NCBI GenBank assembly: GCA_037308085.1
Contig: CP147779.1
Span: 96,001 to 160,000 of the forward strand
Source: Promethearchaeati archaeon SRVP18_Atabeyarchaeia-1
Lineage (GTDB): Archaea > Asgardarchaeota > Atabeyarchaeia > Atabeyarchaeales > Atabeyarchaeaceae
DNA: 64,000 nucleotides
Reading direction: 5' to 3'
Numbering within the stretch: the first letter of the stretch is position 1; each line of letters starts with the position of its first letter. A program made the translations under genes and the position numbers. Positions 7,465 through 16,759 of the stretch are shown piece after piece. A model generated the notes under the pieces. That model was not told where the DNA came from. It ran no database searches and worked only from the letters and a program-made list of their open reading frames with translations.

Positions 7465-9669
7465 TTACTCCTTCTCATAGTATTCCTCAGCAGTAGGTGG
7501 CCGCGGGTCCAGTCCCCTACGCTTCCTGATCTGGCCAACTATGTCAACCTGCATGCTCTCAGGCACGGGCTGCCAGTGGCTGAATTGTGAGGCCCAAAAA
7601 GCTCTGCCCTCCGTCGCTGATCGCAGTTCCTCTGCCAGCCCGAAACTCTCCGCTACAGGCAGGTTGGCTTTGACGATCATCATCTCTTCTTCGGTTGGGA
7701 TATCTATAACGCGACCGCGCCGCCTCTGAACGATAGAGATGACGTTACTAACAAAATCTGACGGCACCTTACACTCAAACGTCATAATCGGCTCCAGGAG
7801 CTTGGGATCAGACAGGAGGAAACAACACCAAATCGGTCTCCAAGTCATTGGCAATATTTGTGCAGGTCCCCTGTGCACAGGGTCTTCGTGCAACTCTAGG
7901 TCTGTGATGTTTACTTTGAGTCCGTAGGCGTGTTCTTTGGTTAGGACGCTGTCGTCTACGGCGTCTCTGAAGCCTGCTTTGACTTGTTCTATGACTTCGT
8001 CTACGTATTGTCTTCCTTTGACTTTGTTGACTAGGATGTTGGTGTCTTCTACTGCTACTACGTTGCGGCTGTCTTCGGTTGGCCAGTGGTACTGGTTTTT
8101 GAGTATTTGGTGGCGTTCGTCTTTAGATTGCATGTCGGTTAGTTTTTCTTCTTTTATTGCTTGTATGATTTCTTCTGGTAGTTTTTCGAGTGTTACCCAG
8201 CATCTGTTGTGCTTGTTTGGTGATTTGCCGAGTATGGGTCTTCCTTCGTAGTTTTTGGTTATGGTTTCTCTGTAGATGACTATGGGTTTGCTGGTTTTGA
8301 CTTTTAGTCCTGCTTCTTGCATGCGGTAGGCTGTGACTTCGAGGTGTAGTTCGCCCATTCCGCTGAGGAGGTATTCTCCTGATTCCTTGTTTATGATGAA
8401 TCGGAGGTTGGGGTCTTCGAGTGTTAGTTTATGGATTACTTTCTCGAATTTTGGTAGGTCTTTGACGTCCACGGGTTCGACTGCTACTGTGACGACTGGG
8501 TCTGAGACGTATCGTAGGCCTTCGAAGGGTTGGGTTTCTTGGCCTTGTTCCGCGATTGTTTCGCCTACTCGGATGCCTTGGATGCCGGCGATGGCGGCTA
8601 TGTTTCCTGCTGGGATTTTGTCGACTATGACTCTGTCTGCTGCCATGGACATGTAGACTTGCTGTATTGTTCCGTCTCCGTGGTAGGTGACGAGCCTGAT
8701 TGGTTTTCCTTTTTCGACGGTGCCGCTGAAGACTCTTCCGATGGCTATGACGCCGCGTTGTGGGTCTACTTCGATTGTGGATACGCACATGAGGAGTGGG
8801 CCGTTGGGGTCGACGGCTGAGACTGATTTGCCGAGTTCGCTGTTTGGGTCGCCTGGCCAGATTACGGGGGCTCTGTAGGATTGGGCTTCGACTGGGTTTG
8901 GTAGGTGTTGGATGAACATGTCTAGGACGGTTTCGTATAGGGGTGCGTGCTTGGATAGTTCTTCGAGGTTTCCGCCTTCTTGGTGGGCGGCGAGTATTTC
9001 ATTGAAGGTTACTCCTCTTGCCTGCATGTGGGGGTAGTTTGTTCCCCACTTGTGGAGTGCTGCGCCGAAGGCGACTCTTCCGTCTTCGACTGATACTTGC
9101 CAGTCTTTCTTGTGCTCTGCGGGTGCGTATTTCTCGATGAGTCCGTTTGCTTTCTTTATGATTTTGGCGAACTTTTCCTGGATGGATGTGGAGGTTAGCC
9201 TGAGTTCCTTTATTAGTCGGTCGACTTTGTTTATGAAGAGGAGTGGCTTTACTCGTTCTCTTAGTGCCTGCATTAGGACGGTTTCGGTTTGGGTCATGGG
9301 GCCTTCTACTGCGTCGACTACGACGAGGGCTCCGTCGACTGCTCTGAGGGAGCGTGTGACTGCTCCTGAGAAGTCGATGTGTCCTGGTGTGTCTATGAGG
9401 TTGACTAGGTATTCGACGCCCTTGTAGGTGTGGGCGAGGGATACGTTGCTTGCGAATACGGTCATTTGCCGCTTCTGTTCGAGTTCCCATGAGTCCAGGA
9501 AGAGCTTTTTGCCGGCTGTCTCCTCGCTGATTATTCCGGCTGCGGCGAGTAGGCTGTCGGATAGGGTGGTCTTGCCGTGGTCTACGTGGGCTATGATGCT
9601 TGTGTTTCTGATCCTCTGTCTCTCATTCATCAGTTTCACTATTTCGTCCACTTGCTTGTATCTTCCCAA
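7465..9669 (-). CDS. fusA: Archaeal elongation factor EF-2, possibly a second paralog
   Basis: AHVDHGKTT, DTPGH, NKVD, GMGELHL, HEDPVHRG; TTG start with GGAGG; G2 is RQMT rather than RGIT. Confidence 0.95.
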   Translation of the reverse strand: MGRYKQVDEIVKLMNERQRIRNTSIIAHVDHGKTTLSDSLLAAAGIISEETAGKKLFLDSWELEQKRQMTVFASNVSLAHTYKGVEYLVNLIDTPGHIDFSGAVTRSLRAVDGALVVVDAVEGPMTQTETVLMQALRERVKPLLFINKVDRLIKELRLTSTSIQEKFAKIIKKANGLIEKYAPAEHKKDWQVSVEDGRVAFGAALHKWGTNYPHMQARGVTFNEILAAHQEGGNLEELSKHAPLYETVLDMFIQHLPNPVEAQSYRAPVIWPGDPNSELGKSVSAVDPNGPLLMCVSTIEVDPQRGVIAIGRVFSGTVEKGKPIRLVTYHGDGTIQQVYMSMAADRVIVDKIPAGNIAAIAGIQGIRVGETIAEQGQETQPFEGLRYVSDPVVTVAVEPVDVKDLPKFEKVIHKLTLEDPNLRFIINKESGEYLLSGMGELHLEVTAYRMQEAGLKVKTSKPIVIYRETITKNYEGRPILGKSPNKHNRCWVTLEKLPEEIIQAIKEEKLTDMQSKDERHQILKNQYHWPTEDSRNVVAVEDTNILVNKVKGRQYVDEVIEQVKAGFRDAVDDSVLTKEHAYGLKVNITDLELHEDPVHRGPAQILPMTWRPIWCCFLLSDPKLLEPIMTFECKVPSDFVSNVISIVQRRRGRVIDIPTEEEMMIVKANLPVAESFGLAEELRSATEGRAFWASQFSHWQPVPESMQVDIVGQIRKRRGLDPRPPTAEEYYEKE

Positions 9670-9971
9670 AGCTTTGGCCTCCGATGTGATGGAGAATGAA
9701 CATGTTCTTTGATTAGGATAGGTTGGTAGAAACGCTCAGATCGGTTGTAGGTTGCTGGTTCCGGTCTATGGGCGTAAGAGTATTTTGGATTGAAAGGAAT
9801 TAAAGTTGTGTCATATAAAGGTTTTTCTTAGGATTTCTATACAGTCACATCGGTTTGTGAGGCTTATCGGTGTTCGCCTTGGTGGGTCGTTATTCGTTCC
9901 GCGGTAGACAGGCGTGTGTTAATCAGTGGGTAGTAGTTATTTGGCTATTGTCTGTGTAGGATGGCTTTTGG

Positions 9972-12284
9972 ATGTGTTCGCTCCTGATGCAGAGGGCTGA
10001 GGTTCTTGTTACTGGAGTAGTTCAAGGAGTGGGGTTCCGCCCTTTCATCTACAGGATTGCAGTGAAGGGTGGCCTTACCGGCTACGTTAGGAACCGTGGC
10101 GATGCCGGGGTTGAGATACTGGTTGAGGGCAGTAGAAGTGATATTAACAGGTTTGTGAAGGATATTCGGGAGTTGAAGCCCCCGCTTGCCGACATCTATG
10201 ACCTGAAGGCGAGTCTTTCGGACATCGTCGAGAGGGCTTACCGGGATTTTGCGATTCGAGATAGCACGGCTGAGAGGCAGCATTCTGGGTCTGTGATTCC
10301 TCCTGACGTTGCTATCTGTGGGAGGTGCGCAAGTGAGCTTCGGGATCCTAATGATAGGAGGCATGACTACTTCTTCATAACTTGCACTGATTGTGGCCCG
10401 AGGTATTCTACGATCCTTGGCCTGCCGTACGATCGGCCTAACACGACGATGCAGGAATTTGAGATGTGTGAAAGGTGCAGCGCGGAGTATGGCAGCCCCG
10501 CGGATAGAAGGTTCCACGCCCAGACGATCGCGTGCCCTGATTGCGGGCCGAGGGTTTATCTGCTTGAGAAGGACGGCTGCAGGGTTGACTGCAAGGATCC
10601 TGTGAGGGCTGCGGGGAGGCTGATCGAGGAAGGGTATGTGCTTGCCGTGAAGGGAAATGGCGGGTTTCATATCGCGACGTCCACGTTGAGGAGCGGGCCT
10701 TTGGAGAGGATTCGGAGGGTTAAGCACCGGTCTCAGAAGCCCTTGGCTATAATGTCACCCGGTACTGGTAGGGTCAGGTCATTCGCTAGGGTGAGGGAGT
10801 ATGAGGAGAGTCTACTTACTTCTTACATGAGGCCGATAGTGCTGCTTGACAAGGGTGAGGATTACTTCTTGTCGGATCTTGTCGCGCCGGGCCTGCATAA
10901 TGTTGGTGTCATGCTTCCGTACACTGGCTTGCATCTCATGTTGTTTGATCAGGTCAGCGAGCCTGCATTTGTGATGACGAGTGCAAATCCGCCCGGCGAG
11001 CCCATAGTGATCGAGGATGAGAAGGCAGTTCGGGAGCTGGGGGGAAATCCTGCTGATTACTTCCTCGTGCACAACAGGAAGATAGCCCAGAGGTGTGACG
11101 ATTCCGTGGTTAGAGTCACTCCCTTTGGGACGCACAGTATCATAAGAAGATCAAGGGGGTTTGCTCCTACCCCCATTCAGCTACACGCTGATGCCGAGTT
11201 TACCACGCTGGCGGTTGGGGGAGAGTACAATGTCACGTCTTGCTTGCTGCTCAAGAGCAAGGCTTTCATTTCACAGCACATAGGCGATGTGGAGAAGCTT
11301 GAGACGTATGAATTCCATAGGCGGGCTGCAAGACACATAGTCGACCTGACGAACGCTAAGGTTGATCTTGTTGCCTGCGACTTGCATCCGAGGTTTGCTA
11401 CCACTGCGCTTGCGAGAGAGTTTGGAGAAGAGTTCAAGGTTGATGTGGTGCAGGTTCAGCACCACCATGCGCATGCCGCGTCTCTTATGGCTGAATACTC
11501 TCTTCCTGAGATGGTTGGCATATGCTGTGATGGAGCTGGATACGGAAGTGATGGAAATGTTTGGGGGGGCGAGTTACTCTACTGCAGTGATGGTGGCAGG
11601 AAATTCGAGAGGGTTGGACATCTGCAGGAACATCCGATGCCTGGCGCTGACCTGGCAGCGGTCTATCCGCTCAGGATGCTGGGCGGCCTGCTTCGTGGGT
11701 ATCCGGAGGTTGCCGAGCGCTTGCTGAGCTCAGCGAGTAGGCATTTTCCTCATGGGGAAGCCGAGGTTGACGTGGTGATGAAGCAGCTGAAGGCTGGAAG
11801 AAACCCTTTGACCTCAAGTTGTGGGCGCGTCCTGGACGCTATTTCCTCTTTGTTGGGTATTTGCTATGAAAGGACGTATGAGGGGGAGCCTGCTATGAAG
11901 CTTGAGTCGGCGGCGCTGAATGGTGAGGACAAGCTTGAACTCAAGCCAGAGTTGGACTCTGCAAACATTATTCGGACAGACAACCTTGCGTTGGCGATAT
12001 TGGAGAACATTGGGAAGGCAACCATTCAGGACCTTGCCTGCTCCGCACAAGCATACATCGCTAGGAGCCTCGCCGAGGTTGCGTTAGCCGAAGCTGACCG
12101 GCTAGGGGTAGGGCGCATTGGGTTCACTGGAGGCGTAGCATACAACAATTCCTTCTGCTCAATTATCAGACGGATAGTCACTTCGCGTGGGCTTAAGTTC
12201 AACTTGCACAACTTGGTTCCTCCGGGGGATGGAGGGCTCGCTTTCGGTCAGGCCGTCGTTGCAGGTTACGGATCGATGATGTGA
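9972..12284 (+). CDS. hypF: Carbamoyltransferase HypF
   Basis: GVVQGVGFRPF acylphosphatase domain, two Cys zinc fingers, QHHHAH, PPGDGGLAFGQ. Confidence 0.97.
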   Translation: MCSLLMQRAEVLVTGVVQGVGFRPFIYRIAVKGGLTGYVRNRGDAGVEILVEGSRSDINRFVKDIRELKPPLADIYDLKASLSDIVERAYRDFAIRDSTAERQHSGSVIPPDVAICGRCASELRDPNDRRHDYFFITCTDCGPRYSTILGLPYDRPNTTMQEFEMCERCSAEYGSPADRRFHAQTIACPDCGPRVYLLEKDGCRVDCKDPVRAAGRLIEEGYVLAVKGNGGFHIATSTLRSGPLERIRRVKHRSQKPLAIMSPGTGRVRSFARVREYEESLLTSYMRPIVLLDKGEDYFLSDLVAPGLHNVGVMLPYTGLHLMLFDQVSEPAFVMTSANPPGEPIVIEDEKAVRELGGNPADYFLVHNRKIAQRCDDSVVRVTPFGTHSIIRRSRGFAPTPIQLHADAEFTTLAVGGEYNVTSCLLLKSKAFISQHIGDVEKLETYEFHRRAARHIVDLTNAKVDLVACDLHPRFATTALAREFGEEFKVDVVQVQHHHAHAASLMAEYSLPEMVGICCDGAGYGSDGNVWGGELLYCSDGGRKFERVGHLQEHPMPGADLAAVYPLRMLGGLLRGYPEVAERLLSSASRHFPHGEAEVDVVMKQLKAGRNPLTSSCGRVLDAISSLLGICYERTYEGEPAMKLESAALNGEDKLELKPELDSANIIRTDNLALAILENIGKATIQDLACSAQAYIARSLAEVALAEADRLGVGRIGFTGGVAYNNSFCSIIRRIVTSRGLKFNLHNLVPPGDGGLAFGQAVVAGYGSMM

Positions 12285-12303
12285 GGAAAGTTGCGATCAA
12301 GCC

Positions 12304-13428
12304 ATGAGGGAACTTTCGCGAGTTGATGGGGGAAGGAATCGGCGCGTTTTGTTTATCCCTTCGCACACCATCTGGTTGCTGAGCGACAGCGACGTCCAGG
12401 CCCGCCTCGATATTTCGCGAAGTTATCTGCGAAGCACGGGTAGCACATTGATCGGCTTGGAAGTTCTGGAGAGAGAGGAATCCCTCTCAGACAGGAATCT
12501 CAGCGTGCAGGTCTCGGCGATGAGCCGCGCGAGAAGGGAATTGTCACACATGGGAGCGGAGCCAGTACTCTCAGTTCACGCACCTTACGTTCCGATAGAG
12601 AAGTTCGATCTGGCGTCCGACTCAAGCGAGACCAGAAGGAGCACGGTTCAGGCTGTCACCAGATGCGCAAAGCTGGCTGAAAGCATAGGGGCACGCGTTG
12701 TAAATACTCACCTTGGAGGGATAGTTCGAACCAGGAGTAATGCAAGCTTCAAGGATCCATCTGCCAAGGAGGTCTTGCTCGGCAGAGTTAAGGACTCGTT
12801 GGTCGACATAATTGGCGGGATCGAGCAGCATGACGTCACGTTGGCGATGGAGAACGTACCATATCCCCTGGAAGAGACACCTAAGTATTCGCCAGTAGTC
12901 GGCATCTTTCCAAGAGACTTCTCGGAAATCTTGAAGACTATTGGCTCAATGAACATTGCTGTCACGGTTGATTTCTGCCATCTCTGGATAACACACAAGA
13001 CTATGAAGGAATTTTCGACCATCGTCGATTCGCACCGTGCAGGTGGCAGAGTCAACGCTGCTAGCTATCACGGTTTAACTTGCTATGAGGCGGACTCAAT
13101 CAAAGCGCTCGCAGTGAACCCTTTCGAGGCTTTCATCAAGCCATTGCGTGAGAGAATCATTCACATTCATGTTGCTGACTCAATTGGGACTTATGTCCCC
13201 GGAACCAGTAGGGTGTCTGAGGGAGAGCCCCTGGGCGAAGGAGATCTCGATCTTTGTGCGTTTGCTGATTCGCTGAGGCAGATCGAGTCTTGTTCGCCAA
13301 ACGGTAAGTCGATCATGATAGTACTGGAACCCAAGGAAGCAGATTTTGCCAAACCGTTGAATGCACTGAGAAGCTTGCTTAGATTAGATAATCTAATAAA
13401 AACCGAGATATACCAGAAAAAAGGATAA
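12304..13428 (+). CDS. Xylose-isomerase-like TIM barrel (sugar phosphate isomerase/epimerase, AP endonuclease 2 family)
   Basis: SVHAPY, NTHLG, MENVP, VDFCHL, HIHVAD, LGEGDLD, IVLE. Confidence 0.85.
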   Translation: MRELSRVDGGRNRRVLFIPSHTIWLLSDSDVQARLDISRSYLRSTGSTLIGLEVLEREESLSDRNLSVQVSAMSRARRELSHMGAEPVLSVHAPYVPIEKFDLASDSSETRRSTVQAVTRCAKLAESIGARVVNTHLGGIVRTRSNASFKDPSAKEVLLGRVKDSLVDIIGGIEQHDVTLAMENVPYPLEETPKYSPVVGIFPRDFSEILKTIGSMNIAVTVDFCHLWITHKTMKEFSTIVDSHRAGGRVNAASYHGLTCYEADSIKALAVNPFEAFIKPLRERIIHIHVADSIGTYVPGTSRVSEGEPLGEGDLDLCAFADSLRQIESCSPNGKSIMIVLEPKEADFAKPLNALRSLLRLDNLIKTEIYQKKG

Positions 13429-13469
13429 ATCCTCAGATGAGTTCGTCGAAAGTCTAGCTAGTTGCACTG

Positions 13470-14657
13470 TCAGTCCGCCCTGTCACATGCCTTCGCTCCG
13501 CCGTTCTTCTTCATCATTCCTCCCCTTCTCTTCTTTTCCACCTCCACCTTAAGCCTCTCCACCTCGTCTCGCGGTACCACCAAGTACCTATGCTTACTTC
13601 CTCTGCCTTCCTCCACGAGGCTAGCCTGAACCTTGCCCTCACAATGCCAGCGGGATAGCGTACCACGGGGAATCGCTAGCGTTTTCGCTACCTCCGCGAA
13701 TTCCATACCCTTATTCTTGATCCGCGCAACCTCCTTCGCCCTCCTAACAAGATCTTTCTCAAGCCTGTCCAGTTCATCAGCAGGAATAAGATAGCGATCA
13801 TGAAGAGCCTCAGCGCTATCGCAGCTTCTCACACCAACACGCCTGACGCAACCTATCTTACACCACTTGATAACAGTTGTAGAACTCAACCCCAACCTGC
13901 CAGCAACCTCACGCGGTGTAAGAAACTCCGACCGCCAACTCTCCAACTTCGCCCGAATTCGCTCAACCTGCTGCAATCCGTTGGCAACCTTCCACGAAAA
14001 CCGAGATATTCCACCGCGAACTAGAGCATCCCTACCAAAAGACAAGATTGAAACCGTCCTCCCACCACGACGACTAATGCTAACACTTGCACCCCCGGCA
14101 ACCAACCTGTTAGTATAGTCGGAAATGAAGTCGACTAAGAACGGGAACGTGGTCTGACTGAAACTCCATTCCACTTTCAGCCAACCAAAGATGGATCTCC
14201 TCAGACCATCTAACTTGGCAGTCACATTTCCATCCCCATCAATTAGACCCGCAATGAATGGGATCTCCAACCCCTTGCTTATCATCCACCTCAGACCCGC
14301 ATGGCTATCCAAGGACGTAACCGCAGTCTTATCACAAAAGAAAGAAATGACGTTCACACCAGTTGACCACACCTCTATCGCGCGACCTCGCCTTATGGAA
14401 TACATGTGAGGAATGAGCCCAGCACGCTTAAGCATCTCAAAAACCCTACTGGCAATCACCTTCTCATTTCCCTGCAAGCTAAACCCAACTATCTGCGTGG
14501 ACACACCCTGTCTTTTCTTCAGGTAACCATCGGCAAAGTACAAGCCAAGAAGGTAAGCCCTCTCCTCACCCGAGAGAATATCAACGTTCATTGCAAGTCT
14601 GTAATGAGAACGTTTGGTCGCGTCCGAAATGCCAAAGTAATCATTATCATTAGTCAT
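13470..14657 (-). CDS. Free-standing double-motif LAGLIDADG endonuclease with two C-terminal MerR/Xis-like HTH domains
   Basis: AYLLGLYFADG and FIAGLIDGDG; FLTPREVAGRLGLSSTTVIKW and MEFAEVAKTLAIPRGTLSRW. Confidence 0.85.
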   Translation of the reverse strand: MTNDNDYFGISDATKRSHYRLAMNVDILSGEERAYLLGLYFADGYLKKRQGVSTQIVGFSLQGNEKVIASRVFEMLKRAGLIPHMYSIRRGRAIEVWSTGVNVISFFCDKTAVTSLDSHAGLRWMISKGLEIPFIAGLIDGDGNVTAKLDGLRRSIFGWLKVEWSFSQTTFPFLVDFISDYTNRLVAGGASVSISRRGGRTVSILSFGRDALVRGGISRFSWKVANGLQQVERIRAKLESWRSEFLTPREVAGRLGLSSTTVIKWCKIGCVRRVGVRSCDSAEALHDRYLIPADELDRLEKDLVRRAKEVARIKNKGMEFAEVAKTLAIPRGTLSRWHCEGKVQASLVEEGRGSKHRYLVVPRDEVERLKVEVEKKRRGGMMKKNGGAKACDRAD

Positions 14658-15098
14658 GTCAAAGCATCTCCGCCAGGAGAGAAGAGTGATTTGACCCAAC
14701 AATACAAGGCGACCCCACCGAGCCTAACCAGAGAGGAGCAAGAGGAAAAGAGCAACGTGGACCAGCGTGCAACCCAATCTGAACATATCCTACCTTTTCT
14801 TTCAGTATGAAGACCACGGAGGCTGAACCAAAACTCATAAGCATAACGACCCAGTAACAGGTTAACCGCGAGGCTATAAGAACCCACGTCAACATTGAAA
14901 AACAAGAAGACGCACCACAAGACAAGGATCATTCACTGACCACCACAGGTGGGCTTCATATCGTCTGAAAAGGTGGTTCATATACATGTCCACAAAGACC
15001 CAGACAATACTAGAAAAGACAAGAAATAAACCGACTAGATCTACAAAACGAGGAAAAAGACTTTGATAGCCCATTGAATAACTCAAAAGCCCGTTCAA
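14654..15098 (-). pseudogene. Degraded membrane protein gene fragments
   Basis: Two overlapping hydrophobic ORFs joinable by removing 1 nt near 14932. Confidence 0.35.
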
Positions 15099-15204
15099 GC
15101 TCCATGAATTGATTAGGGAGAGCTAGCTGGCGCTAGCCGAATTGCATGTTCTTTCGGTTTCTGCGAATAAACGGTTAAATATGTGTGGGGGTTCTGCTTG
15201 TACC

Positions 15205-15432
15205 ATGTGCTTAGCAATACCGGCTAGAGTGCTGGAAGTGAAAGGGGATTCAGCTAAGGTAGATTTCGGCAATGGTACGGTGAGAGCGGTAAACGTGGCG
15301 CTGCTGGATAATGTGAGAGTCGGGCAGTATGTTATTGTCCATGCCGGCTTTGCAATTCAGGTAATGGATGAGCGTGAAGCAAAGAAGACCTTGGATCTGT
15401 GGGAAGAGATGCTTCAGGCTCCTCTGGACTAG
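15205..15432 (+). CDS. hypC: Hydrogenase assembly chaperone HypC
   Basis: MCLAIPARV N-terminus, GQYVIVHAGFAI. Confidence 0.97.
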   Translation: MCLAIPARVLEVKGDSAKVDFGNGTVRAVNVALLDNVRVGQYVIVHAGFAIQVMDEREAKKTLDLWEEMLQAPLD

Positions 15433-15566
15433 CGGACGCGACCAAGCGGCAGCCTGCGCGGGTTTGGTTAGGCGCTGATGAGTGTCAATCCGTGGATGAT
15501 GATGTTGATCGTTTTGGTGCTGATTTCCTTTTTGTATCGAGGGCATGTGTGATAGGTGGTAGGCAA

Positions 15567-16265
15567 TTGCGGAAAGTGATAAAGTCGGTCGAAGGGGAAT
15601 CGCTGGATATTGAGCTCGATGCCGACCTGCTGAGGGAAAACGAGCGGATCGCTGAGGAGAATAGGCAACTTCTGAGTTCGCATGGGGTTGTAGCCATCGA
15701 CGTGATGGGGTCTGTTGGGTCCGGCAAGACCACGCTCATAGAGCAGATTGTCCAGAGAATCAAGGGGAAGTACAGGGTGGCCGCGCTGGATGGGGACCTG
15801 AACACGACCATCGATGCCGACTTGATTGGTAGACACGGCGTCGAGAGCATTCAGATCAACACGGGGAAGGAATGCCACCTGGATGCCAACTTGGTTCGAA
15901 AGGCCTTGAAGGAAATCGACTTGGATAGCATTGACCTGATCATTATCGAGAACGTGGGCAATCTCATATGCCCCACAGACTTCCCTCTCGGGTCATCAAA
16001 GAGGGTTGTTGTTATCAGTGTCACAGAGGGACCTTACATGGTGCTGAAGCACCCCCTTACTTTCGCTAGAGCCGATATACTTGTCATTAACAAGGTGGAA
16101 CTGGCTGATGCGATGAGCGTTGACCCTGGCAAGCTGGAGAGCGATGCAAGAAAAGTGAAGCCGGAGCTCAAGGTTGTTAGGGCATCCCTGAGGAAGGGTA
16201 TAGGCGTAGAAGAAGTCATCCGGGCGCTGGACCTGCCTTCGCTACTCGAGAACCACCGCGCATAA
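15567..16265 (+). CDS. hypB: Hydrogenase nickel incorporation GTPase HypB
   Basis: GSVGSGKTT, NTGKECHLDA, ENVGNLICP; TTG start inferred. Confidence 0.95.
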   Translation: MRKVIKSVEGESLDIELDADLLRENERIAEENRQLLSSHGVVAIDVMGSVGSGKTTLIEQIVQRIKGKYRVAALDGDLNTTIDADLIGRHGVESIQINTGKECHLDANLVRKALKEIDLDSIDLIIIENVGNLICPTDFPLGSSKRVVVISVTEGPYMVLKHPLTFARADILVINKVELADAMSVDPGKLESDARKVKPELKVVRASLRKGIGVEEVIRALDLPSLLENHRA

Positions 16266-16314
16266 GCTTCCGTATTCTCTCACTATATTAGTGATGTTAG
16301 GTGATTGATCAGGT

Positions 16315-16758
16315 ATGCATGAGTTTTCAGTGACCCAGCAGATCGTACAGACTGTTCTCTCAGAGGCGCAAAAGCACCACGCTAAGCGGGTCACCTCAGT
16401 GCACCTCTTGATAGGCAAGCTAACTTTCCTTGGTACGGAGCAAATCAGGTTCTCCTACGGGCTACTCGCTAAGGGAACAATTATGGAGCACTCTAAGTTG
16501 TTTATCGAGGAGACCGAGCCTGTTGTCAAATGCGGCAAGTGCGGTTATGAGGGACCTGCAAAGTACCTGGAGGATCCTGCATTTCATTACTCTATCCCAA
16601 CCCTGGCCTGCCCGAAGTGCGGCAATCAGGTCAGCATCTCTTCTGGAAGAGAGTGCACCATCAAGGACATCGGGATAGTCGCGGATGGGGAAGCAGAGGA
16701 AGATAGGAGAGGAAACGAAGGTGAAAGAGGAGATGGGAGAGGAAGGAAGCATCTCTAA
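16315..16758 (+). CDS. hypA: Hydrogenase nickel chaperone HypA
   Basis: MHEFS N-terminus, two CxxC motifs. Confidence 0.95.
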   Translation: MHEFSVTQQIVQTVLSEAQKHHAKRVTSVHLLIGKLTFLGTEQIRFSYGLLAKGTIMEHSKLFIEETEPVVKCGKCGYEGPAKYLEDPAFHYSIPTLACPKCGNQVSISSGRECTIKDIGIVADGEAEEDRRGNEGERGDGRGRKHL

Positions 16759-16759
16759 G

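Noticed and set aside
8429-10727. Arg/His/Pro-rich alternative ORFs over EF-2 and hypF
   Set aside because: Shadow frames produced by the strong compositional skew.
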